From contig CAVVTZ010000007.1 of assembly GCA_963751275.1 (NCBI GenBank), forward strand, positions 64,001 through 128,000: a stretch of DNA of 64,000 nucleotides. Direction: 5' to 3'. The first letter of the stretch is position 1; every line of letters begins with the position of its first letter. Below are positions 21,645 through 31,199 of this stretch, one piece after another. The position numbers and the translations under genes are program-made. The notes under the pieces are model-generated. The model made no database searches. It was not told the origin of the DNA and saw only the letters and a program-made list of their open reading frames with translations. This DNA comes from an uncultured Gemmatimonadaceae bacterium (lineage in GTDB: Bacteria; Gemmatimonadota; Gemmatimonadetes; Gemmatimonadales; Gemmatimonadaceae).

Positions 21645-22931
21645 GCGGCGGCCTCCTCGGCTTTCGCGCGCGGCACGTACAGCAAGCTGATACGATTGTT
21701 CTCGCCCAGCGCACGCCGCGCGAACGCGTTCACGCGCTCGACGGTCACGGCACGGTAGCGATCGGCCTGCACGTTCACGAGGCCGGGATCGCCGAGGTAC
21801 GTCGCGAACTGGGACAGCTTGTCGGCGCGCTCGCTGGCCGATTGCATCGACTGCACGAGCGCGGTCTCGATCAACGCGAGCGCGCGGTCGAGTTCGTCCT
21901 GCCGCACGCCGTCCTGGCGCAGCGCATCCAGTTCGCGAACGGTCTCGACCTCGAGCCGGTCCGCCGCCACGCCGGGCCGCGCGGTCACGTCCGCCACGAG
22001 CAGGTCCGCCGCCTTCGCGAGATCGAGGGTGAACGCCGCCGCATCCGATGCGATCTCCCGGTCGCGCACCAGCCGCTGCTGCAACCGGCTCGCCTTGCCC
22101 ATGCCGAGCACCGCGCCGAGCGTGCTCGCGGCATAATACTCTTCGCTGCCGAACACCGGCGAGCGCAGCGCGAGGAAGAGCCGCGGCAGCGCGACGTCAT
22201 CCGGCACCGTCTCGCGCCGCCAATCGCCGAACAGCGGCGGCACGCGCATCTCGGCGAGCGGCGGGCGTCCGGTGCCGCGCGGCAGCGGGCCGAAGTAGCG
22301 CTCGACCAGCGCACGCGCTTCCGCCGGATCGAAGTCGCCGGCGATCGAGAGTACCGGCATTGTCGGGCGTGTAGATACGTCGTGAAGAACGCCTCAATGT
22401 CGGACAGGCTCGCTTCCGAGAGGTCCTCCATCGACCCGATCAGTGAGTGGTGGAAGGGATGCTCCGGCGGAAAGGCCAGCGCCGGGAGCTTCTCCCACCA
22501 CGTGCCGTACGGCTGATTGTCCATGCTCCAGCGACGCTCGTTCTTCACGACGTCCCGCTGCGTGTCGAGCTTCTGCTGCGTCATCGCGGGAATGCAGGAA
22601 CGCCCATCCGGTCCGCCTCGAGCCAGAGCGCCGTGGCGAGATGGTTGGACGGCACGGTCTCGAAGTAGTTCGTGCGATCCAGCCACGTCGAGCCATTCAG
22701 CGTGCCGCCGGCGCGCTGGATGAGTTCGAAATGTTCGTTGGACGCGACGTGCTCCGATCCCTGGAACAGCATGTGTTCGAAGAGATGCGCGAAACCGGTG
22801 CGCCCCGGACGCTCGTTCGCCGATCCGACGTGATACCAGAGGTTCACGGCGACGATCGGCGCGGTGTGGTCCTCCGAGAGGGTGACCTGCAGGCCGTTCG
22901 CGAGCTGGAAGCGTTCCACCGGGATGTGCAT
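21641..22931 (-). CDS. M16 peptidase, catalytic subunit, broken by about four single-base insertions near 22595-22602, 22375 and 22356
   Basis: WYHVGSANE...GFAHLFEHMLFQGS, then VVKNERR, YTPDNA and VLSIAGDFD fall in successive frames. Confidence 0.85.
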
Positions 22932-23090
22932 CCGGGAAAATTGCGCGCTGCGCACGCCGGAGGGAACCCTGTGCGCGGAACCGCGCGATCCGCTTGACCC
23001 CGCCGCGGTGCGGCGGCGATCTTGCGTGCATCGATCCGCGCCGAATTTTCCGGCGCCGCGCGGATCCCACGAGCGAGGATGCGCATGCGG

Positions 23091-23588
23091 ATGCGAGGCA
23101 CGTTCAAGGTCGCCGTGACGAAGGACTACCTCGTCTTCCCGGCTGCGCATTTCATCACGTTCGCGGGCCACCGCTGCGAGCCGCTGCACGGACACAACTA
23201 CCGCGTCGCCGTCACACTCGACGGCACCGTGGATGAGGAGACCTGGTACGTCGTGGATTTCTCGGTGGTGAAGCAAATGATGCGCAAGCTATGCGAGGAG
23301 CTCGACCACAAGATGCTCCTCCCGACCCAGAATCCGAAGCTCGCGATCGACACGCGCGGCGACGCGGTGCATGTCGCCTTCGAGGGCAAGCCGAAGTATG
23401 TGTTCCCACGCGACGAGTGCGCGCTCCTGCCGATCCCGAACACCACGGTGGAGATGCTCGCGCAGTACCTCACCCAGCGCGTCCTTGCGGAATTCAAGGC
23501 GCAGAAGAACGCGACACTGACGGCGGTGGAAGTCGAGGTCGAGGAGAATTTCGGGCAGGCCGCCGCGTATCGTGAGTTGCTGACCTGA
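23091..23588 (+). CDS. queD: 6-pyruvoyl/6-carboxy-tetrahydropterin synthase family protein (QueD-like)
   Basis: FPAAH, CEPLHGHNY, LDH, TTVE. Confidence 0.8.
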   Translation: MRGTFKVAVTKDYLVFPAAHFITFAGHRCEPLHGHNYRVAVTLDGTVDEETWYVVDFSVVKQMMRKLCEELDHKMLLPTQNPKLAIDTRGDAVHVAFEGKPKYVFPRDECALLPIPNTTVEMLAQYLTQRVLAEFKAQKNATLTAVEVEVEENFGQAAAYRELLT

Positions 23589-23602
23589 ACCCGGAGGCCG
23601 CT

Positions 23603-23971
23603 ATGGCACGCCAGGAACGCAAGATTTCCAATGCCGAGGCCGCGGCATTCCTCGCGCGGATGCCGGGATGGTCGATCGTCGATGGCTGGCTCACCCGCCG
23701 GTACAAGACGGAGGGTTGGCCGACCACGCTCATGCTCGTCAACGCGATCGGCTTCGCGGCGGAGGCCGCGGACCATCATCCCGATCTCGCGGTGGCATGG
23801 CCGAGCGTCACCGTTCGCCTGCGCACGCACTCGGCGAACGGATTGACGGTCAAGGACCTCGAGCTCGCGCAGAAGATCGAAGAGGTCGCGCTCTGGCGGC
23901 CGCCGGCCAAGAGTCCCGAGGGGCTCACCGGCACGACGCGCGCCTTCGTGAAGGGCAATGACACGAAATGA
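23603..23971 (+). CDS. Pterin-4-alpha-carbinolamine dehydratase
   Basis: AEAADHHPDL, LRTHSANGLTVKD. Confidence 0.88.
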   Translation: MARQERKISNAEAAAFLARMPGWSIVDGWLTRRYKTEGWPTTLMLVNAIGFAAEAADHHPDLAVAWPSVTVRLRTHSANGLTVKDLELAQKIEEVALWRPPAKSPEGLTGTTRAFVKGNDTK

Positions 23972-24491
23972 TCCCGGGGGAATGCGCGCCCCGGCCCGTT
24001 GGCTCGCGGTGATCCGGATCGTGGTGGGCGCGTGGTTCGCGAAGGGTGTCATAACCAAACTGACGGTCACGCTCGCATGGGGATTCCTCCCCGTGCCGGC
24101 GGCCTCCGATCGCTGGGTCGCGACGATGCCGAAGCTCCTCGCGAAGTACGCGGCCGACAATCCGTTCCCCGCCTATCGCTCTTTTCTCCTCGAGACCGTC
24201 ATTCGCGATCCGGTGCTCTACGCGAATCTTACCGCGCTCGGAGAAGCGTTCGTCGGGATCTCTCTCCTGGCCGGCCTGCTCACGCCGGCCGGCGCGGTCG
24301 CCGGGATGGCGCTCACCCTGCTGTATGGATTGGCGGTCCAGCACATGAGTTCCGGGCAACTCGGCTTTCACGTGATGCTCGCGACATCAATGTTCGCGTT
24401 CTTCTTCAGCCGCGCGGGCCGCGAGTGGGGCGCCAATGCATGGCTGCGCACCCGGTTCCCGAACGCGGCCGTCACGCGCTGGTTCACGTGA
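23958..24491 (+). CDS. DoxX/DoxD-family membrane protein
   Basis: IRIVVG, GEAFVGISLLAGLLT, AGREWG. Confidence 0.75.
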   Translation: MTRNDPGGMRAPARWLAVIRIVVGAWFAKGVITKLTVTLAWGFLPVPAASDRWVATMPKLLAKYAADNPFPAYRSFLLETVIRDPVLYANLTALGEAFVGISLLAGLLTPAGAVAGMALTLLYGLAVQHMSSGQLGFHVMLATSMFAFFFSRAGREWGANAWLRTRFPNAAVTRWFT

Positions 24492-24495
24492 GGCG

Positions 24496-25323
24496 GTGCG
24501 CGCCGCCCGGTTGGCCCGCCGCGTGGTGACCGGCATCGTCGTCCTCGCCATCGCGGTCACGGTCGCGCTGTTCGTGTTCGTCTGGTGGGGGCAGGAGCGC
24601 ATCACCTATCAGCCGCCGCGCATCGCGGAGCCGACGCCCGCCGGCGCCGAGCGGGTCGAGTACCTCGCATCGGACGGCCAGAAGCTCTACGCGCTCGTGG
24701 TCGGCACGCCATCGCAGCCCGCGCGCGTGCTGCTCGCCTTTCATGGCAACGCCGACATCGCCCCATGGCTCGCGCCCTGGGCGGCGGAGATCGCCCGCCG
24801 GACGGGCTACGTCGTGGTGCTCGCCGAATACCGCGGCTACAACGGCCTCGCGGGCGCGCCCCGCGCGGTTGGGATCCGGCTCGATGCGCGCGCGGCGCTC
24901 GCGTTCGTCCGTGCGCGCTACGGAGCCGGCGTGCGGATCGCCTACTACGGGCACTCCCTGGGCACCGCCGTGTCCGCCGAGCTCGCGAGCGAATCTCCGC
25001 CATCGGTCCTCATCCTCGAATCGCCCTTCACCGCGGCCGCCGACATGGCGGCGCTCTTCGGCACGCCGCTCGCGCGGATCGCGTGGCGCCTGTTCGGCCG
25101 GATCCCGTACGACACACGCACGCGCGTGCAGTCCATCGATGCGCCGGTCTGGGTGGCCCACGGCGACAGCGATCGCATCATTCCTGTTCGCATGGGTCGC
25201 GCGGTCTTCGCGGCGGCTCGGCGGCAAGGCGAATTGCTCATCGTTCCCGGCGGCGGGCACAACGGCCTCGCGGAGAGCGGCGGGCCGGCCTATTGGGAGT
25301 GGATCACGCGCGCACTCCGCTGA
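24496..25323 (+). CDS. Alpha/beta hydrolase (ABHD13/Bem46-like)
   Basis: FHGNA, EYRGY, GHSLG, HGDSD, GHN. Confidence 0.85.
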   Translation: MRAARLARRVVTGIVVLAIAVTVALFVFVWWGQERITYQPPRIAEPTPAGAERVEYLASDGQKLYALVVGTPSQPARVLLAFHGNADIAPWLAPWAAEIARRTGYVVVLAEYRGYNGLAGAPRAVGIRLDARAALAFVRARYGAGVRIAYYGHSLGTAVSAELASESPPSVLILESPFTAAADMAALFGTPLARIAWRLFGRIPYDTRTRVQSIDAPVWVAHGDSDRIIPVRMGRAVFAAARRQGELLIVPGGGHNGLAESGGPAYWEWITRALR

Positions 25324-25336
25324 GCGCGCGCCACGC

Positions 25337-26695
25337 TCAGAAGAAGAGCATGACTCCCAGCGCGCCCTGGCTCGACGTGATCTTCGTGCCATCGTACGCC
25401 TGACTGTCGCCGTAGGTGTACTCGAACACCGAGCGGAAGGATCGCGTCCATAGGTACGTCACGGCGCCTACGGCGGCGGTGTTGTACTTCATGAGGAAGT
25501 CGTTCTCATTGTCGACATCGTCGCCGCTGCGCTCCAGATCGGTGTCGCCGTACGACGCGCCGAACTTCCACTTGCTGTCGCGCGGCATCCACTGCAACTG
25601 CAGCAGGTAGCCGTACGACGCGCGGCGGTCACCCGCGTAGTCCACGCCAAGTCCGTCCGTGAACATGAACGCCGTGCCGACGCCCTCCTGATAGAAGCCG
25701 GAGAGGTCGAATTGCACGCCGCTCTTGTTCCACTCCATGCCGCTCGCGAGCCCCCACGGCGTGACCGCGTCCTTGCAGCCGGCCGGGTCGCCGAAGTACG
25801 GCGCGCACAGGTCTCCCGTGGAGACGTTCCTCACGTTCGCGAACAATCCGCTCGCGTAGAACATGAATTTGTCCGCGGACCCGGTGGCGCCCGTATGGCT
25901 CAGGTACGTGACCTCGGTCTCCACGCGTGGAGAATGCGTCACGCGGAAGCAGCACTGGCCGACGGGCACGGCTCCGTTGTCAGCGTTGATCACGCTGGGA
26001 TCGAACAGGCCGATCGACCAGCGCCATAGCCGGTTCGCCGGTGTGCTGAACGTGATCTGCGCGTTGAAGTTCGGGTAGCTGTATCCGGTCCCGATGTGGC
26101 CGAGCGTGGTCCCATTGCCGGTGAATCCCGCGCCACCACCGCTCAGTCCGACGCCGAACACGGTCATATCGGTCAGCAGATTCTGCTGTTGGTACAGGCC
26201 GATCGCGCGGCCGGCGAGGATCTGCCCCCATGTTCCGCCCACCGTGAGGTACGCTTCGCGCAGATCGATCTGCGCGCCGCATTGTCCGGACGGCGTGCCA
26301 CAGTTGTCATGCAGCTGATCGATCGACTGGATCTCGGGCGCGATGCCGATGTGCGCGCCCACATCCAGGCCCGCTTCCTTCCCCTTCACTTCGAAGATCG
26401 CGAACGCCGGCGTCAGTCCGGTACGGATGCGCAGCACCTTCTGCTCCGTGCCGGTCGGGATGAGGTTTCCCGCGAAGTCACACGCGGGCGCGCCGTCGTT
26501 GCATTTCGGATCGGTGTAGACGATGAACGCATTCACGTTCCCCGAGAACGAGAACGTCCAGCCGCTCATCGTGCCCATGATGATCCCTTGCGCGGAAGCC
26601 CGGGAGGCGGCGACCAGGAGCAAGGCGGGCAGCGCCTGCGCCAGCCGCGCGATCCGTGCGCGGATCTTCGCGCCGCTCGTCGCGCGGATCATCAT
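25337..26695 (-). CDS. Outer-membrane porin with Cys-rich loops
   Basis: Signal peptide, amphipathic strands, IDLREAY, C-terminal Phe. Confidence 0.75.
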   Translation of the reverse strand: MMIRATSGAKIRARIARLAQALPALLLVAASRASAQGIIMGTMSGWTFSFSGNVNAFIVYTDPKCNDGAPACDFAGNLIPTGTEQKVLRIRTGLTPAFAIFEVKGKEAGLDVGAHIGIAPEIQSIDQLHDNCGTPSGQCGAQIDLREAYLTVGGTWGQILAGRAIGLYQQQNLLTDMTVFGVGLSGGGAGFTGNGTTLGHIGTGYSYPNFNAQITFSTPANRLWRWSIGLFDPSVINADNGAVPVGQCCFRVTHSPRVETEVTYLSHTGATGSADKFMFYASGLFANVRNVSTGDLCAPYFGDPAGCKDAVTPWGLASGMEWNKSGVQFDLSGFYQEGVGTAFMFTDGLGVDYAGDRRASYGYLLQLQWMPRDSKWKFGASYGDTDLERSGDDVDNENDFLMKYNTAAVGAVTYLWTRSFRSVFEYTYGDSQAYDGTKITSSQGALGVMLFF

Positions 26696-26724
26696 CGGAC
26701 CGTCCTTCGTTGGTCCATGACCGG

Positions 26725-28434
26725 TCACTTCACCGCGAAGACGAGCACCGCATTGCCGAGCGGATAGCCGAGCTGGAAATTCCCGCCGCACGCCACCGCG
26801 ATGTACTGCTTCCCGTCGATGGAGTAGGTGACCGGCGGTGCGTTGCAGCCGGCGCCCGCCTGGAATTGCCAGAGCACCTTGCCACTCCTGGCATCGTACG
26901 CCTTGAAGAGCCCGCTTCCCTCGCCGACGAAGACGAGCCCGCCCGCGGTGGCGAGCGCGCCGCCGATCATCGGCTGGTCGGTCTTCACCTGCCAGGCGCG
27001 CTTGCCGGTGTTCAGGTCGATCGCCGTGAACGTCCCGGACTGCACGCCGCCCGGCTCCAGCTTGAACGCCGAGCCGAGCCAGAGTTTGCCCTTGTCCAGC
27101 GGCGCCGGATGCGTGCGATAGATCATCGGCTGCTCGAGGCCGAGCACGTACATGTAGCCGAGTCTCGGGTTCACCGCCGTCGGCGACCACTCCGATCCGC
27201 CGTTGGCGCCGGGCAGCATGTGCACGCCGTCGGCGGTCGGTTGCGAGAAATAATTCTCGTGCTTGTTGAACTCCTCGGAGCGGCGGATGAGTTTGCCGGT
27301 CGCCGCATTCCACACATACACGTACGCGGTCTTCCCCGCCTCGGCCACCGCCTTCGTTCCATCCTTCAGCGTCACGATCACGGGCGGACTCACGACGTCC
27401 AAGTCCCACACGTCGTGCGGGACCTCCTGGTAATGCCATTTGTATTCGCCGGTGCGCGCATCGATGGCGACCACCGATTCGGTATAGAGGTTGTCACCGG
27501 GCCGCACGGATCCGTCCAGGTCGGGCGATGGATTGCCGACGCCGAAATACAGCATGTTCGTGGCCGGATCGTATGCCGGCGTCATCCACACCGAGCCGCC
27601 ACCGCGTTGCCAGGCATCGCCGTACTGCGGCATCGCCGCCTTCTCCGCGGCGATGTTCCGCTTGAGATCATCGCCCTCGCCCGTCTTCTCCGCCCACACG
27701 CCTTCCCACCCTTTGTCCGGCAGCGTGTAGAAATTCCAGAGCTGGTGGCCATCGGCCCGGTCGTACGCGCGAATGAAACCGCGGATCCCGTACTCGGCGC
27801 CTGAAACGCCCACGATCACCATGTTGTCGACGATCAGCGGCGCCATCGTCTCGCTGTATCCCGCCTCCGGGTCGGCGATCTCGATGTCCCATTGCACCTT
27901 GCCGGTCGCGGATTCGAGCGCGATCAATCGCGCATCGAGGGTCGCCATGTACACGGTGCCGCCCGCGATCGCCACGCCGCGGTTGTTGGGCCCGCAGCAG
28001 AAGATGGGCGACGCGATGCTCATCTTGTGTTCGTAGCGCCAGAGCTGGCGGCCGGTGCGCGCATCCACCGCCATGGCCGTGTTGTAGGGCGTCGTCAGGT
28101 ACATCACGCCGTCCACCACGATCGGACTCGTCTCGAATGATCCGAGATGCGAGATCCCCGTTTGGTAGATCCACGCAACGGAGAGCGCCTTCACGTTCTC
28201 GGTGCTGATCTGCGTGAGCGGCGACCAGCGTTGGTTCCAGTAGTCGTGGCCGTAGGTCGACCAGTTCTTGCCATCCTTCGCGGCGCCCGTGAGCATCTGG
28301 GTCGTGACGTTCGTGAACACGGGGTCTTTCGCCGCCGGTTTCTTCGCTTTTGCTGCCACCTGCTCCTGCGCCCCCAGTGAGCTGGCCGAGACGGCCATCG
28401 CCACTCCGATCGCGATCAATCTCGTGATGCGCAT
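26725..28434 (-). CDS. PQQ-dependent alcohol dehydrogenase (methanol/ethanol family)
   Basis: Signal peptide, CCGPNNRG vicinal cysteines, GAEYGIRG, GVGNPSP, HDVWDLD, Trp-docking repeats. Confidence 0.9.
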   Translation of the reverse strand: MRITRLIAIGVAMAVSASSLGAQEQVAAKAKKPAAKDPVFTNVTTQMLTGAAKDGKNWSTYGHDYWNQRWSPLTQISTENVKALSVAWIYQTGISHLGSFETSPIVVDGVMYLTTPYNTAMAVDARTGRQLWRYEHKMSIASPIFCCGPNNRGVAIAGGTVYMATLDARLIALESATGKVQWDIEIADPEAGYSETMAPLIVDNMVIVGVSGAEYGIRGFIRAYDRADGHQLWNFYTLPDKGWEGVWAEKTGEGDDLKRNIAAEKAAMPQYGDAWQRGGGSVWMTPAYDPATNMLYFGVGNPSPDLDGSVRPGDNLYTESVVAIDARTGEYKWHYQEVPHDVWDLDVVSPPVIVTLKDGTKAVAEAGKTAYVYVWNAATGKLIRRSEEFNKHENYFSQPTADGVHMLPGANGGSEWSPTAVNPRLGYMYVLGLEQPMIYRTHPAPLDKGKLWLGSAFKLEPGGVQSGTFTAIDLNTGKRAWQVKTDQPMIGGALATAGGLVFVGEGSGLFKAYDARSGKVLWQFQAGAGCNAPPVTYSIDGKQYIAVACGGNFQLGYPLGNAVLVFAVK

Positions 28435-28526
28435 GCTGGTCCCCCGTGAAACGGTCTGCCGTGCGGGAAGCCTATGCGTGAATGTCGGAATCCGCCCGGG
28501 CGATGGCAAGGCTCGCATCACGCGGA

Positions 28527-29114
28527 TCATTCGCCAAGCGCGATGAGCGCGAGCACGAGCGCGTCGAACGCCGCGGGCGGGTCGCCCCGTGCGGATTCGA
28601 CGGCGAGTCCGCTCACCAGTGTCACCAGCAGATCGCCCGCCTGTTCGGGCGCGATGCGGGGCCGGATGCCCAGCCGCGCGAACATCGTCGCGGCCAGTTC
28701 CGTCGTCATGGCCCGCCGGGTGTCGAGCGCTTCGCGCGCCGCACGTTGCACCGCCGGCGCCAACCACTCGCCCAGCGAGAGCAGGGCCCGCCATTCGCCG
28801 AGTTGCAACTCATCCTCCATCCACGCACGCAGATCGGTGACGACGCTCTCCGGCAACATGGCGGCGAGCGCCCGCCGGCCGCGCGCGCAGATCCGTTCAC
28901 CGAGGCGCGTCGCCGCGCGCGCCAGCATGGCGTCCTTATCATGGTAGTGATAGTGGATGAGCCCCTTGCTCACCCCGGCGCGGTCGGCGACCTCGTGCAT
29001 CGAGAGCGATCCGGCGCCGTGCAGCACCAACTCCGCGAGCGCCGCGCGCAGGATCCGCTCGGGCGCGGTCGGTCCATCCTCCGCGTCGCGCCCGGACAGC
29101 GTCGTGCTCGTCAC
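28527..29114 (-). CDS. TetR family regulator
   Basis: HTH EVADRAGVSKGLIHYHY. Confidence 0.85.
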   Translation of the reverse strand: MTSTTLSGRDAEDGPTAPERILRAALAELVLHGAGSLSMHEVADRAGVSKGLIHYHYHDKDAMLARAATRLGERICARGRRALAAMLPESVVTDLRAWMEDELQLGEWRALLSLGEWLAPAVQRAAREALDTRRAMTTELAATMFARLGIRPRIAPEQAGDLLVTLVSGLAVESARGDPPAAFDALVLALIALGE

Positions 29115-30493
29115 ACTGCCACTTTGGTGTGCGGCGCCGGACAGGAGACCTTGAACCCATCCGCGGTGAGCGTGGCCGACAGCGCGGCTTGCGCGGGCGG
29201 CTCACCGTGAACGAGATACACCTGCTCGAGCGCGGGGGACTTCGCCCGCACTGCCAGCAGCCACTCGCGCAGACCGGTGCGGTCGGCGTGCGCGCTATAC
29301 CCGTTCAGCACTTCGACGCGCGCGCGCAGCGGGACTTCTTGTCCGAAGATCCTCAGCACCGGCTGTTTCTCGACGATGCGCCGTCCCAGTGTATTCTCCG
29401 CCTGATAGCCGACGATGAGGATCGTGTTCTTCGGGTCGCCGGCTCCGTTCGCGAGATGGTGCAGGATCCGCCCGGCCTCCGCCATCCCCGATGCCGCGAC
29501 GATCACCGCCGGCCCGTGCAGCGCATTCAGCGCCTTCGACTCTTCCACCGTGGGCGTGTACGTGAGCAGCGGAAAATCGAGGAACTTCGTGGCCGACGCG
29601 ATCATCTTCTCCGTGCTGTCGAACACCTCCGGATGCAGCCGGAACACATCCGTGATGCTGATCGCGAGTGGACTGTCGATGTACACTGGAATCACCGGCA
29701 CGCGCCCTTCGATCTGCAGGTTGCGCAGATCGTACAGGATCTCCTGCGTCCGGCCGAGCGCGAACGCGGGGATCAACACCTTCCCGCCCTTGGCCGCCGC
29801 CTCGCGGATCACGCGCGCCAATTCCTCGCGCGATTCATCGATCGGCCCGTGATCCCGATCGCCGTACGTCGACTCCATGATCACGACGTTCGCTCCCTCG
29901 GGCGGCACCGGGTCGCCGATGATCGGCATCCCCTTCCGGCCGATGTCGCCGGAGAAGACGATGCGCCGCCTCCGTCCGCCTTCCTCGCAGTCCACCGTCA
30001 CCGACGCCGATCCCAGGATGTGTCCGGCATCCACATAGCTGGCCCGCACACCGTCGATGACGCTGAACTCCTGCCGATACGGCATCGTGCAGAGCAGACC
30101 GGTCGCCTTCGTGGAATCATTCTCGGTGTACAGCGGCGGCATCGCGTCCTTGTGATGCCGCGCGAGGAACTCGGCGTCTTTCTCCTGGATCCGCGCCGAG
30201 TCAGCGAGCATGAGCGCGCACAGGTCGCGAGTCGCGGGGGTGGACCAGATCTTCTTGTGATAGCCGTGGGCGGCGAGCATCGGCAGCCGGCCCGAGTGGT
30301 CCATGTGGGCGTGGGAGAGCACGATCGCATCGATCGTCGCCGGGTCCACCGGCAGCTGCATGTTCTTGGTTTGGGCTTCCTGGCGTCTTCCCTGGAAGAG
30401 GCCGCAGTCCAGCATGACCGTCTTGCCGTTCACGTGCACGAGGTGGCACGAGCCGGTCACTTCGCGTGCGGCGCCGATGAAGGTGATGTCCAT
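29111..30493 (-). CDS. MBL-fold beta-CASP ribonuclease
   Basis: GAAREVTGS, SHAHMDHSG, GHILG, ESTYG, SAHAD, VHGE. Confidence 0.92.
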   Translation of the reverse strand: MDITFIGAAREVTGSCHLVHVNGKTVMLDCGLFQGRRQEAQTKNMQLPVDPATIDAIVLSHAHMDHSGRLPMLAAHGYHKKIWSTPATRDLCALMLADSARIQEKDAEFLARHHKDAMPPLYTENDSTKATGLLCTMPYRQEFSVIDGVRASYVDAGHILGSASVTVDCEEGGRRRRIVFSGDIGRKGMPIIGDPVPPEGANVVIMESTYGDRDHGPIDESREELARVIREAAAKGGKVLIPAFALGRTQEILYDLRNLQIEGRVPVIPVYIDSPLAISITDVFRLHPEVFDSTEKMIASATKFLDFPLLTYTPTVEESKALNALHGPAVIVAASGMAEAGRILHHLANGAGDPKNTILIVGYQAENTLGRRIVEKQPVLRIFGQEVPLRARVEVLNGYSAHADRTGLREWLLAVRAKSPALEQVYLVHGEPPAQAALSATLTADGFKVSCPAPHTKVAV

Positions 30494-30552
30494 CGGTCAG
30501 CGCCTCCCGCCCCGGTATTCATTCATCGAGCCACCCGCCGTAAGTTGTCGGC

Positions 30553-31194
30553 ATGCCCGCCCCGTTCCGCAATCTCACCGTCTCGGATCACCCGCTCGTC
30601 CAGCACAAGCTCTCGATCCTCCGCGACCGCGCCACGCCGACGAAGCTCTTCAAGGAGCTCATCGAGGAGATCGCCATGCTGCTGGCCTACGAGGCGATGC
30701 GGGATCTCCCGCTGGAGCAGGCGAGCGTGGAGACGCCGCTCGAGTCCACCACGCAATGGCGCGTCGCGGGCAAGAAGCTCACGCTCGTTCCGATACTACG
30801 CGCCGGACTGGGAATGGTCGAGGGGGTGCTCCGCCTCGTGCCATCGGCGCGTGTCGGGCACATCGGACTCTATCGCGACCACGACACGCTCCAGCCGGTG
30901 GACTACTATTTCAAGGTTCCCGGCGATGCGCCCGAGCGGGAGTTCTTCCTGCTAGACCCGATGCTCGCGACCGGCGGGAGCGCGGTGGCCGCCGTGAACT
31001 CGCTGCGGCGCGTGGGCGCGACGCGCATCCGCATGCTCTGCATCGTCGCGGCGCCGGAGGGCGTCGCGAAGATGGGGGCCGAGTGTCCTGAGATTCCGAT
31101 CATCACGGCGGCGCTCGATCGCGAGCTCAATGAGAACGGCTACATCCTGCCGGGACTCGGCGACGCGGGCGATCGTCTCTTCGGGACGCGATAG
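30553..31194 (+). CDS. upp: Uracil phosphoribosyltransferase
   Basis: [30 protein letters not shown]. Confidence 0.96.
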   Translation: MPAPFRNLTVSDHPLVQHKLSILRDRATPTKLFKELIEEIAMLLAYEAMRDLPLEQASVETPLESTTQWRVAGKKLTLVPILRAGLGMVEGVLRLVPSARVGHIGLYRDHDTLQPVDYYFKVPGDAPEREFFLLDPMLATGGSAVAAVNSLRRVGATRIRMLCIVAAPEGVAKMGAECPEIPIITAALDRELNENGYILPGLGDAGDRLFGTR

Positions 31195-31199
31195 CCGCG

